A stretch of 64,000 nucleotides of DNA, from positions 1,760,001 through 1,824,000 of the forward strand of contig OY760142.1 of NCBI GenBank assembly GCA_963663225.1, in the 5' to 3' direction. Below are positions 38,369 through 47,365 of the stretch, one piece after another. Numbering within the stretch: the stretch's first letter is position 1; each line of letters starts with the position of its first letter. Made by a program: the position numbers and the translations under genes. A model generated the notes under the pieces. The model had not been told where the DNA came from. It did not search any database and saw only the letters and a program-made list of their open reading frames with translations. This stretch comes from Nitrospirota bacterium (GTDB lineage: Bacteria; Nitrospirota; UBA9217).

Positions 38369-39049
38369 ATGATGCACCGCATGCGAATCTCCCCTTTGAC
38401 CGTTCTTGCCAGTTCTTTTTTTTGTGCGGCCTGTTTTTTTATCCTGTCCCCGGCGGCCGCTTCGGAAGCGGGAACATCTGCAGTCGGGGCAAAAGATGAG
38501 GTCATCCAAACGGTGGAGAACCACTACCGCAATACGAATGATCTGACTGCCGGCGTGGTGCAGAAGACCGCTCTGAAGACTCTTGGCAAAACGCAAAAAT
38601 TCGACGGAACCCTGAAGATCAAAAAACCGGGAAAACTCCGGCTTGAGTATTCGAACGGGCAGCTGGTTGTAATCGACGGGAAGACGGCATTGTTTTATTC
38701 CAAAAAAAGCGAACAGGTGATCAAAAAAGCATTTACGGATTTTGCACACATGAACATTCCTGTTTCCTTTTTGCTGGGCGCCGCACATATTCGTGATGAT
38801 TTCAGCGTGCACCTGCCTGATGCCAAGACCCCCCGCATGCTGGAACTTGTTCCCTTGAAACAGGGTGCGGCCATGAAGAAGCTGACCATGCAGACCGATG
38901 AAACGGGCCGCATTCTGCAGATGACCATATTCGACAAATCCGGAAACGTGACGGAAATTCAATTTACCGACGTACGGGAGAATATCGGCATTGACGATCA
39001 GGCTTTTGTGTTCAAGGCGCCCAGGGGAACGGAGATTATCGAACAGTAG
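38369..39049 (+). CDS. lolA: Outer-membrane lipoprotein carrier LolA
   Basis: Signal peptide, GTLKIKKPGKLRLEY, VIDGK, FVFKAPRGTEII. Lies downstream of ftsK. Confidence 0.85.
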   Translation: MMHRMRISPLTVLASSFFCAACFFILSPAAASEAGTSAVGAKDEVIQTVENHYRNTNDLTAGVVQKTALKTLGKTQKFDGTLKIKKPGKLRLEYSNGQLVVIDGKTALFYSKKSEQVIKKAFTDFAHMNIPVSFLLGAAHIRDDFSVHLPDAKTPRMLELVPLKQGAAMKKLTMQTDETGRILQMTIFDKSGNVTEIQFTDVRENIGIDDQAFVFKAPRGTEIIEQ

Positions 39050-39095
39050 TCCGATACCGAGTGCAGAGTACTGACTTCAGAAACCGGAGGTTGTT

Positions 39096-39593
39096 ATGGC
39101 TGCGGAGAACTCATTTGACATCGTTTCGAAGATAGACATGGCCGAGGTTACGAACGCGGTGAGCCAAGCAATGAAGGAAATCAGCCAGCGCTTTGATTTT
39201 AAAGGAAGCAAATCGAACATCACGCAGGAAAAAGACGCTTTAGTGATTATTTCCGACGATGAATACAAGCTCAAGAGCGTGGTCGACATTCTGCAGACCA
39301 AGCTTGTCAAGCGGGGCGTGCCCATCAAAAACCTGTCATACGGGAAAGTGGAAGCGGCCCTTGCGGGAACCGTGCGCCAGCGTCTGACGCTGCAGCAGGG
39401 GATACCGACGGACAAGGCCAAAGAAATCGTGAAAGCGATCAAGGACGCTAAGATGAAAGTGCAGGCCTCGATCCAGTCGGACCAGGTCCGCGTTTCGGGC
39501 AAGAACAGGGACGACCTCCAGGCCGTGATTCAACTCCTGAAAGGAAAGGAGTTCAACCTCGAACTTCAGTTTACAAATTACCGAAGCACCTAG
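39096..39593 (+). CDS. yajQ: YajQ-family nucleotide/c-di-GMP-binding protein
   Basis: [45 protein letters not shown]. Confidence 0.95.
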   Translation: MAAENSFDIVSKIDMAEVTNAVSQAMKEISQRFDFKGSKSNITQEKDALVIISDDEYKLKSVVDILQTKLVKRGVPIKNLSYGKVEAALAGTVRQRLTLQQGIPTDKAKEIVKAIKDAKMKVQASIQSDQVRVSGKNRDDLQAVIQLLKGKEFNLELQFTNYRST

Positions 39594-39608
39594 TTCGCAA
39601 CAGCGGTC

Positions 39609-39647
39609 CATGCTGCAGGATTGCTGCCGGGTAAATCCTGCAGCATG
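39609..39647. repeat. Perfect 14-bp inverted repeat after yajQ
   Basis: catgctgcaggatt-11 nt-aatcctgcagcatg. Confidence 0.7.
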
Positions 39648-39664
39648 CGTCCGATCTTGTGATG

Positions 39665-39701
39665 ACGGCCAGCCATTCGTTCAGAATGCTGGCCGTTTTT
39701 T
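39665..39701 (+). terminator. Rho-independent terminator after yajQ
   Basis: acggccagc...gctggccgt followed by a T run. Confidence 0.75.
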
Positions 39702-39816
39702 ATTGTGCAGGTTCCGGTTCGTTTGCCGCCGGTTAAGCCGCCGGAAGGAAGCATTAAACTTGCTTTTTTTGTCTAAACTGATATAATTTTTTGATACCGT
39801 TTGCCGGAGAAAACGC

Positions 39817-40977
39817 ATGAGTCTTGTGGGCAGACTGGAAGATCTCGCGCTGCCTGACATCTTCCAGATCATCAGTTTGAGCAAAAAAACCGGAACACTG
39901 ATCGCTCGAAGCCGCAGAGGGACGGGGATGGTTGTGTTCAAGGACGGCCAGGTGATCCAGGCCGCATCCGACAGCATCCGGGATTCCCTGGGCAATATTC
40001 TGGTATCGCAAGGCATGGTGACTGAGTCTGTCCTGGCAAAGGCGTTGGCGCTTCAGAAAACAGACGTCGACAAGCCGCTCGGCATGATCCTGGTTGAGAT
40101 GGGGGCGGTGTCGGCGCAGACGCTGGAGACGCTCATCCGCAAGCAAATCGAGGAAATTGTCTACGACCTGCTCGGCTGGGAAGAAGGTTTTTTTAATTTC
40201 GAGCTGGGCGAGATTGCTCCCAAGGACAAAATCGCGGTTGATACGCAGCAGTTTTTACTTCGGGCAGGAATCAGCGCTGAATATCTTCTTATGGAAGGGA
40301 CCCGGCTCATCGATGAACGGAGGAAGGATACGCCGGCTCCGGCGCCTGTTGCCCCTTCCGCTTCCAGACCTGCCTCTCCTCCGCCTCCGCAGCAAACCAA
40401 TTACGAACCGGCACGCGAGGAATTCCGGACCCGGATCGAACAGGAACAACCGTCGCAGGAAATCACCGCACTGAAATCCATGTTTGATGAACTGCGGTTT
40501 CCCACTGCCACGGCAGAAGTGACCCTGCTCATACTGCGGTACGCCAGTGAAGTGGTAAACCGCGCAATTCTTTTCATGGTCAAGAAGGACGAAGTGCGCG
40601 GTCTTGGCCAGTTCGGCATGGAGCTTGCGGGGCGTTCAGCTGACCAGGTCGTGCGCAGCATCAGGATTCCTCTGAACAAGCCTTCTCTCTTTTTAAAGGT
40701 CATAGAAAACCGCACCAGCTATGTCGGCCCTTTTGAAGCAAATGAAACGGGCAACTATCTCATGAATGAACTTGGCGGAGTAATGGCAGAGCAGGTGCTG
40801 GCCATACCCCTTATCGTGGACGGGAAGGTCGCACTGATCGTATACGGCGATAACGTGCCGGAGCGAAAGCCGATCAGGGGCGCGGATACACTCGAAATTT
40901 TCATGAACCAGGCGGGGATGGCCCTGGAAAAAGCGCTGCTGGCAAAAAGACTGGCCGAACTTCAGAAGGAGAAGTGA
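39817..40977 (+). CDS. DUF4388 (PATAN-like) + degenerate MshEN-like motifs + GAF-like domain protein
   Basis: SLVGRLEDLALPDIFQII..KKTGTL. SLGNILVSQG..LAKALALQ and PLGMILVEMG..LIRKQ. C-terminal IPLIVDGKVALIVYGD..LEIFMNQAGMALE. Confidence 0.8.
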   Translation: MSLVGRLEDLALPDIFQIISLSKKTGTLIARSRRGTGMVVFKDGQVIQAASDSIRDSLGNILVSQGMVTESVLAKALALQKTDVDKPLGMILVEMGAVSAQTLETLIRKQIEEIVYDLLGWEEGFFNFELGEIAPKDKIAVDTQQFLLRAGISAEYLLMEGTRLIDERRKDTPAPAPVAPSASRPASPPPPQQTNYEPAREEFRTRIEQEQPSQEITALKSMFDELRFPTATAEVTLLILRYASEVVNRAILFMVKKDEVRGLGQFGMELAGRSADQVVRSIRIPLNKPSLFLKVIENRTSYVGPFEANETGNYLMNELGGVMAEQVLAIPLIVDGKVALIVYGDNVPERKPIRGADTLEIFMNQAGMALEKALLAKRLAELQKEK

Positions 40978-41354
40978 TGAAAAACGTCCTGCTTGTGGAG
41001 GATTCAAAGTCTATTCGGTCCATGATGCGGGTATCACTGGAAGAAGCAGGCAACTATTTTTTTGTGGAGGCCGGGAGCGGCTTCGAGGCCCTGAAAGCCC
41101 TCCCTTCGCGCCGCTTCGATCTTATCATCACCGATATCAATATGCCCGACATCAACGGTCTGGAGCTGATCGGGTACGTAAAATCCAATCCGACCTATCG
41201 TGACATTCCTCTTATCATCGTTAGCACTGAAAAAAGCGCGGAAGACAAAAAACGGGGCCTGGCACTCGGGGCCGCCGGTTATGTGGTAAAACCATTTACC
41301 AAGGAAGAGCTCAGACACATGGTGACGGCCGTCCTGAAAGAGACGCTCGCGTAA
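40974..41354 (+). CDS. cheY: CheY-like response regulator
   Basis: LLVEDS, ITDINMPDING, IIVST, YVVKPF. Located immediately before cheA. Confidence 0.88.
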   Translation: MMKNVLLVEDSKSIRSMMRVSLEEAGNYFFVEAGSGFEALKALPSRRFDLIITDINMPDINGLELIGYVKSNPTYRDIPLIIVSTEKSAEDKKRGLALGAAGYVVKPFTKEELRHMVTAVLKETLA

Positions 41355-41425
41355 GGCGCGTCTCGCCCGGGATGCACAAACAGTTTGTATCTTCTTGTAT
41401 CCCGCACTCGTAAAGGGGTGATCCC

Positions 41426-43435
41426 TTGAAACCAGACAAAAACCTGGAAGACTTTTTCGCCGAAGCGGAAGATATTCTGGCGTCAGCAAACCAGACACTG
41501 CTTTCAATCGAGACTGCCATGGATGAGGGCAGAACCGATCCCGATCTTGTCAATGCGCTGTTCCGTTCCGTCCATTCCTTTAAAGGGCTCGCGGGAATGT
41601 TCGAGCTGAAAGAACCGTCAACGCTTTCCCATAAACTGGAATTTTTTTTGGATGAGCTTCGTCTGGGCAAGACGAGACTGAACCGGGAAACATTCGACAC
41701 TCTTTCTGATACGCTCGCTCTGCTGAGGCGGCTGGTTCACCAGGCAGGCGCGGGGAAGGAGTCCGAGGATATTGCAGGGTTCCTCGGTCGCATTGATGGC
41801 GCCCTTGCGGTGAAAGTTTTTCCGGAGGCAGACCGGCCGCTGCAAGAAAAAATCAGCCTGGACGAGGGGATATTCCAGGTTTTGACCGAGTACGAAGAAC
41901 ACCGGTTGAAGGAGTGCGTCCGGGAACGCAAAAATCTGTTCGAGATCAAAGCGGCATTCCAGCTCAATGATTTTGAAGCGGGGATAAAGCAGCTTGCTGC
42001 AACGCTGAAAAAACATGGGGAAACCATCTGCACCCTGCCGACGGCGGGCGGGGACGGAGGGACCGGAATCGGCTTCACCATTGTTCTTGCCGCGACGGAA
42101 GACCGTGAATCGCTCGCAGCGGCACTTCCGCTGCCGAATGTAACGATCCAACAGATTGCCTATCGGGACGGACAAAAGATGGATGAGCAAAAGTCGGAAA
42201 CTGCCGCCCTGAAATCCATCAGCAATACGGTGCGGGTGGATATTTACAAACTCGACAATCTTATGAACATCGTGGGCGAGCTGCATCAAATCAAGAACAT
42301 TATGGGCAGGATTGCCAGGGAACTTCGGACCAAGGAAGGATTCATCAGCCACTCCGTGGATCTTCAGAAGGCGGAGCGCAGTCTGATACGGAAGCTGAAC
42401 GACCTTCAGTCCGGGATTCTTGAGGCCCGCATGGTCCCTATCGGCCAGATATTTACGCGCTTTTCCCAGGTGGTCAGGAAATACGCGAGAGATGCCGGCA
42501 AGGAAATCGACCTCCAGTTTTTCGGCGAGGAAACGCAGCTCGACAAACTCATGATTGAAGACCTTGCGGACCCGCTTATGCACCTCATCAGAAACGCCAT
42601 TGACCACGGCATTGAACCTCCGGATGTGCGGAGGAAGCGCGGAAAGCCGGAACAGGGAGTTGTAAAACTGACGGCGTTTCCCCGGGGAAACCAGGTTGTC
42701 ATCACGGTCGAGGACGACGGAGCGGGGATGGATCCGGAACGGATGCTGCGCACTGCCGTTGAAAAGGGGATGCTGAAACCGGATCATGGCCTTGTTCCCG
42801 AGCGAAACCACAAGGAAATTCTTGATCTGATTTTTCTTCCCGGTTTCACCACCCGCGAAACAGTAACGGAAATATCGGGGCGCGGTGTGGGCATGGATGT
42901 GGTAAAACGGAACGTTGCAAAACTTTCAGGGATCGTGGACATCTACAGTGAGTTGGAAAATGGAACGATTTTCACCCTGTTCCTCCCGATAACGCTTGCC
43001 ATCATTAAAGCACTTATCGTTGAATCGGGAGGCCAGATATTTGCCGTTCCCCTCACGTCCGTGGTCGAAATACTGCAGGTGGCGGCCCCCCAGATCGAAA
43101 CTGTGGAAGGGCAGGAAGTCATGGCTGTCAGGGAAAACACCGTGTCGCTCCTGCGGCTCGCCCGCACGTTCAATCTGCCTGAGGACCGGGAGCGCAGCGC
43201 ATTCTATGTGATTCTGGTGGGGCTGGCAGAACGGCGTCTCGGTATTATCGTTGAGGGCCTTCGGGACCAGCATGAAATCGTAATCAAGGCGCTCGGAAAG
43301 CGGTTCGCAGAAATGCAGGGGATCGCGGGGGCCACCGAACTGGGAGATCAGCGGGGCATGGTGCTTGTTCTCGATGTGGAATCACTGATAGAAGGATCGC
43401 TGAGAAAAACGGCGTCCGCCGGGCAGAAATTGTAA
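41426..43435 (+). CDS. cheA: Chemotaxis histidine kinase CheA
   Basis: HPt FRSVHSFKG, TVRVDIYKLDNLMNIVGEL, HLIRNAIDHGIE, DDGAG, FLPGFTT..ISGRGVGMDVV, LPITLAI, CheW domain. Confidence 0.97.
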   Translation: MKPDKNLEDFFAEAEDILASANQTLLSIETAMDEGRTDPDLVNALFRSVHSFKGLAGMFELKEPSTLSHKLEFFLDELRLGKTRLNRETFDTLSDTLALLRRLVHQAGAGKESEDIAGFLGRIDGALAVKVFPEADRPLQEKISLDEGIFQVLTEYEEHRLKECVRERKNLFEIKAAFQLNDFEAGIKQLAATLKKHGETICTLPTAGGDGGTGIGFTIVLAATEDRESLAAALPLPNVTIQQIAYRDGQKMDEQKSETAALKSISNTVRVDIYKLDNLMNIVGELHQIKNIMGRIARELRTKEGFISHSVDLQKAERSLIRKLNDLQSGILEARMVPIGQIFTRFSQVVRKYARDAGKEIDLQFFGEETQLDKLMIEDLADPLMHLIRNAIDHGIEPPDVRRKRGKPEQGVVKLTAFPRGNQVVITVEDDGAGMDPERMLRTAVEKGMLKPDHGLVPERNHKEILDLIFLPGFTTRETVTEISGRGVGMDVVKRNVAKLSGIVDIYSELENGTIFTLFLPITLAIIKALIVESGGQIFAVPLTSVVEILQVAAPQIETVEGQEVMAVRENTVSLLRLARTFNLPEDRERSAFYVILVGLAERRLGIIVEGLRDQHEIVIKALGKRFAEMQGIAGATELGDQRGMVLVLDVESLIEGSLRKTASAGQKL

Positions 43436-43501
43436 AAACGAAAAACGTGTCGTCTGTGAATTCCGACAGCTTGCCGCAGAATGCCGTTTACCGGGGCTTT
43501 C

Positions 43502-44293
43502 ATGTATAAAGAGTTTTACGGATTGGCTGAAAAACCATTTAACAAAACGCCGGATCCGCGTTTTCTGTACCAGAGCAGAAAACATGCAGAGGCGCTGGCG
43601 CGGCTGCAGCATGCGGTTGAAGAGCAGGACATTGTGCTGCTCACCGGCGAAATCGGATCGGGCAAAACCACGCTTTCCCGCGCCCTGATCGATTCGCTGG
43701 ATGATTCCTGCCAGCCCGTGCTGATTGTGAACCCCTGCCTGTCGCCGCTGCAACTTCTGCAGACGGTCGCCCTCCGGCTCGGCATACAGGGTGCGGGACG
43801 GTACCGGAACGACATCCTTGAGGGAATCAATGCGAAGCTCTATGAACTGTACGAAACAGGCAGGCAGCCCGTAATCATTATTGACGAATCGCAGCTTATC
43901 CCGGGCAAGGCAACCTTCGAGGAACTCAGGTTGCTGACGAACTTTCAGCTTGACGATCGGAATCTTACGGCACTCATCCTGATCGGACAGACTGAATTGC
44001 GAAAACGCCTGGAGCGCAGCCCATACCGGGCGCTTCGGCAGAGAATCAGCATGCAGTATCATCTCGGACCGCTTGATCAGGAAGAAACAGCCGCATATGT
44101 TCGCCACCGGCTGAAAATCGCGGGCAGGGAACAGCCGCTGTTCAGCGAGGAGGCGCTTGCGCTTCTGTGCAGACATTCGGAGGGCATTCCCCGTCTGATC
44201 AACATTATTGCCGGGAACGCACTCATTGAGGGTTTCGGCAGAGGGTCTGAACACATCGGACCCGAGATCATAGAAAGCGTTGTGATGGAATAA
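43502..44293 (+). CDS. ExeA/GspA/MshM-like AAA ATPase (ATPase domain only)
   Basis: MYKEFYGL.EKPF..TPDPRFLY, GEIGSGKTT, IIDESQ, LIGQTEL, ALRQRI, GIPRLIN. Confidence 0.92.
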   Translation: MYKEFYGLAEKPFNKTPDPRFLYQSRKHAEALARLQHAVEEQDIVLLTGEIGSGKTTLSRALIDSLDDSCQPVLIVNPCLSPLQLLQTVALRLGIQGAGRYRNDILEGINAKLYELYETGRQPVIIIDESQLIPGKATFEELRLLTNFQLDDRNLTALILIGQTELRKRLERSPYRALRQRISMQYHLGPLDQEETAAYVRHRLKIAGREQPLFSEEALALLCRHSEGIPRLINIIAGNALIEGFGRGSEHIGPEIIESVVME

Positions 44294-44347
44294 AGGAAAA
44301 GCGAGGAGCGCCGGACCGGGACATCAGCGGCGCCGGAGCTGAGCTGT

Positions 44348-45007
44348 ATGGACATATTGAAAGCAAGAAAAAAAGCCGCCGAACAAAAGCGAAGCCGGAA
44401 AAAAACGGAACCGGAGCCTGCCGCCGAACCTCAGCGGCCGCAGGAAGAAACAGCCTATCCCGCTGAGCCGCGGGCAGACTCTCACCCGGTTGCCGACAAA
44501 AACGCGGGTCTTCCCGGCATGTCAGAACCGGCTGCAGAAGCTCCCGTGGAAGAACCAGCCTCGTCCGACTCCAAGGGAGAAGAGGCACAGGAAGAGATCG
44601 ATCTCCTTTCATTCCGTTTGGGCGGGGAGTCATACGCGCTGCTGGTAAAAGACGTTCGGGAAGTGCTGAAAGTCCGTTCTCTGACGCCGGTGCCGAATGC
44701 GCCTTCGTATATTATTGGCGTGACCGGGCTCAGAGGCGCAGTGTTGCCGGTGATCGACCTCTGCGCGCGGTTCGGTCTTGTTCCCGGTGTGCGGGATGAA
44801 AAATCCAGAATCATCGTCGTGGGCTCCTCTGAGGAAGACGTGGGACTTGTCGTGGATCGGGTAACGGGGGTTCTGAGAATCATGCCCGACGAAATCAGGC
44901 CAACGCCTGAACACGTCGAGCAGGGAGCGGCATTCCTGCGCGGGATCGTCCGAAAAGACGAAAAATTGTACATTCTTCTGGACCTCGAAAAGGCGGTTGC
45001 AGCATGA
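44348..45007 (+). CDS. cheW: CheW with acidic/Pro-rich N-terminal extension
   Basis: SFRLGGESYAL..VREV..TPVPNAP..GLRGAVLPVIDL..GLVVDRV. Confidence 0.92.
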   Translation: MDILKARKKAAEQKRSRKKTEPEPAAEPQRPQEETAYPAEPRADSHPVADKNAGLPGMSEPAAEAPVEEPASSDSKGEEAQEEIDLLSFRLGGESYALLVKDVREVLKVRSLTPVPNAPSYIIGVTGLRGAVLPVIDLCARFGLVPGVRDEKSRIIVVGSSEEDVGLVVDRVTGVLRIMPDEIRPTPEHVEQGAAFLRGIVRKDEKLYILLDLEKAVAA

Positions 45008-45135
45008 CCTGCGGAGAAGTCCGGACAACTGAATACCAGCGGCTGCATGATTGCAGCGGAAAACAACACAGGGAAGAAAAAGCGGCCTGTCAATCTTAAT
45101 TCACAAGGAGCGAACGCGGGAGCGAAGGTGAGCCT

Positions 45136-47226
45136 ATGAAAACATTAATTGACATGAATTTAAAGACACGCGCGGTGCTGCTGACGGCGGGAATCCTCCT
45201 GCTCGTTCTGGTGTTTAACACCCTGGTCAATATTACTGCGGCTACGAACAAGTACCGGGAGGCCCTGATCGCGCGGGCCACCGCGCTTGCAGAAGAGATT
45301 CGAAAAGATGTGTCAAAGGCGACGGCAGACGGCACTTCGTTGAGTGAGTTGGAAGAGATGGGAGCGCGGTTGCGACTGCTGATTGCCGAGGACCATGACC
45401 TCGCGGGTGCCAGGGTGTTGGATGCGAACGGAAGAGTGCTGTATGCCAGCGACCAGACGCCTGAAAACACGGTGCCGGGAGACGCAGCGAACAAGAAAGC
45501 GCTCGCGGCAAACGCTCCTCAATTGGAATATTACACAGACAACGCCGGAGGACGGTATGAAAAAATCATTCCTTTGAACGGTCCTGACGGGAAAAAAATC
45601 GGAGTGTTTGTGATAGCGATCAAGGAGGATGCGGTAAAGCGCCCGGCAGAAAGCATGCTTCTGCGGTCGCTGCTTGTCGGATTCATCAGTTTTGTGATTG
45701 CCATGGCCCTGATGTATTATTTTGCCAACCGGGGGATGCTGCCCATCGTCGAGATGGCAAAAAGCGCCAGCAAGATGGCGGCCGGCGACCTTTCGAGCAC
45801 CATTGAGGTCAAGGGCAAAACAGAGGTGACCAACCTGGTCAACGCAATCAATACGATGTCGGCGAACCTCAAAGAGATGCTCAGAAAGATCAGAGTGACC
45901 TGCGTTGGTTTGAACGATGCCATGAACCTGGTGAGCGGCGCCGCGCGCAAAATGAGCAAAGGCGCGCAGACCCAGCAGGAGGCGACCGATCAGGCAGCAA
46001 AGGTCGTGAATGAAATGGTCGCGTCCATCCGCGAGGTTGCCGGGGGAACTGATGAAATGTCCCACGCGGCCATGAACGCCTCGTCGTCCGCATCGGAAAT
46101 GGCGTCGTCCATAGAAGAAGTCGCACGGAACACCGGAACGCTAGCCGCGGCGGTTGAAGAGACGGCCTCCTCCGTCGGGCAGATGATCGCCTCCATCAAA
46201 CAAGTGTCGGAAAATACAGACGCAGTCGCCGCGTCCGCCGAACAGACATCATCCGCCATTACCCAGATGAGCGTTTCGGTGAGAGAGATCGAGCAGCGTG
46301 CGCGGGATTCCGCGCGACTGGCGGCAAAGGTGTCGCAGGATGCCTCGGAGCGGGGCATGGTCGCCGCCGCGGAGGCAATCAAAGGCATGCAGCATATCAA
46401 GGAAGCCGTGGAAGCCACTGCTTCCGTGCTGAACCGTCTCGGAACGCGTTCGCAGGAAATCGGCCAGATTCTGAAGGTCATTGACGACGTGACCGACCAG
46501 ACGAGCCTGCTGGCCCTGAATGCCGCCATTCTGGCCGCGCAGGCAGGAGACCGCGGCAGGGGATTTGCCGTCGTGGCTGATGAAATCAAAGACCTGGCGG
46601 AGCGCACCGCGTCATCCACTCAGGAGATCGCCGGACTTATTGCCTCGGTGCAGGAGGAAGCCGCCGAGAGCGTCCATGCCATGGACAAAGGGCTCAAGGC
46701 CGTGGAGGCGGGTTTTTCCCTGGTGAATGTGACCAGTGAAGTTCTGCAGCAGGTCGCGGACAGTTCGCGGCAGTCAACGGAGACCGCCCGAGCAATTGAA
46801 AAAACCACCGCAGAGCAGGCAAAGAGCGTATCGCAGATTACGGAATCCTCGGTGGGGATTGCGGGGCAGCTCGACCAGATTGCCCGCGCGTTGCAGGAAC
46901 AGCGCGCAGGAAGCGAACGGATAGCGCAGGCCGCGGAGCGCATGCGTGAAGTCACCCGCCAGGTGAAAATAGCCACGCAGGAACAGACTACGGGCGGCAG
47001 GCAGATCGCCGACGCGGTGGAATCAGTGACGGCCCAGGCCGGGCAGATTGCCCGCACGACGGCGGAGCAGAACACGGGGACCCAGCAGATAAACGAAACC
47101 ATCAACCGCATCCAGGGTATAACCCGGGACAGCATGGATGTGTCCATTGAGATGGAAATGGCCGTGCAGGTGATCAAGGAAAAGGTGGTTGCGCTTCAAG
47201 CCGAGTTGGATGGTTTTAAATATTAA
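45136..47226 (+). CDS. Methyl-accepting chemotaxis protein, long (~64-heptad) class
   Basis: Two TMs, HAMP, ~228 residues from HAMP end to hairpin tip. Tip [31 protein letters not shown]. Confidence 0.93.
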   Translation: MKTLIDMNLKTRAVLLTAGILLLVLVFNTLVNITAATNKYREALIARATALAEEIRKDVSKATADGTSLSELEEMGARLRLLIAEDHDLAGARVLDANGRVLYASDQTPENTVPGDAANKKALAANAPQLEYYTDNAGGRYEKIIPLNGPDGKKIGVFVIAIKEDAVKRPAESMLLRSLLVGFISFVIAMALMYYFANRGMLPIVEMAKSASKMAAGDLSSTIEVKGKTEVTNLVNAINTMSANLKEMLRKIRVTCVGLNDAMNLVSGAARKMSKGAQTQQEATDQAAKVVNEMVASIREVAGGTDEMSHAAMNASSSASEMASSIEEVARNTGTLAAAVEETASSVGQMIASIKQVSENTDAVAASAEQTSSAITQMSVSVREIEQRARDSARLAAKVSQDASERGMVAAAEAIKGMQHIKEAVEATASVLNRLGTRSQEIGQILKVIDDVTDQTSLLALNAAILAAQAGDRGRGFAVVADEIKDLAERTASSTQEIAGLIASVQEEAAESVHAMDKGLKAVEAGFSLVNVTSEVLQQVADSSRQSTETARAIEKTTAEQAKSVSQITESSVGIAGQLDQIARALQEQRAGSERIAQAAERMREVTRQVKIATQEQTTGGRQIADAVESVTAQAGQIARTTAEQNTGTQQINETINRIQGITRDSMDVSIEMEMAVQVIKEKVVALQAELDGFKY

Positions 47227-47365
47227 TCAGAGAACAGCGGATGCGGGACGGCCTGGCTGCGCGCAGGCGGGCCGGATACAGTCAATCTGACGCGGTGTTT
47301 CCTGCGACCATGGTTTTTTACCGCTCCGGCACCAGACCGCAGAAGGGTATTTCAAGGGAGGCCCT

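Noticed and set aside
39735-39755. ccggaaggaagca resembles the SRP (4.5S) RNA core
   Set aside because: It lacks the preceding TCAGG and following GC pairing of helix 8, and no long flanking stem is evident.
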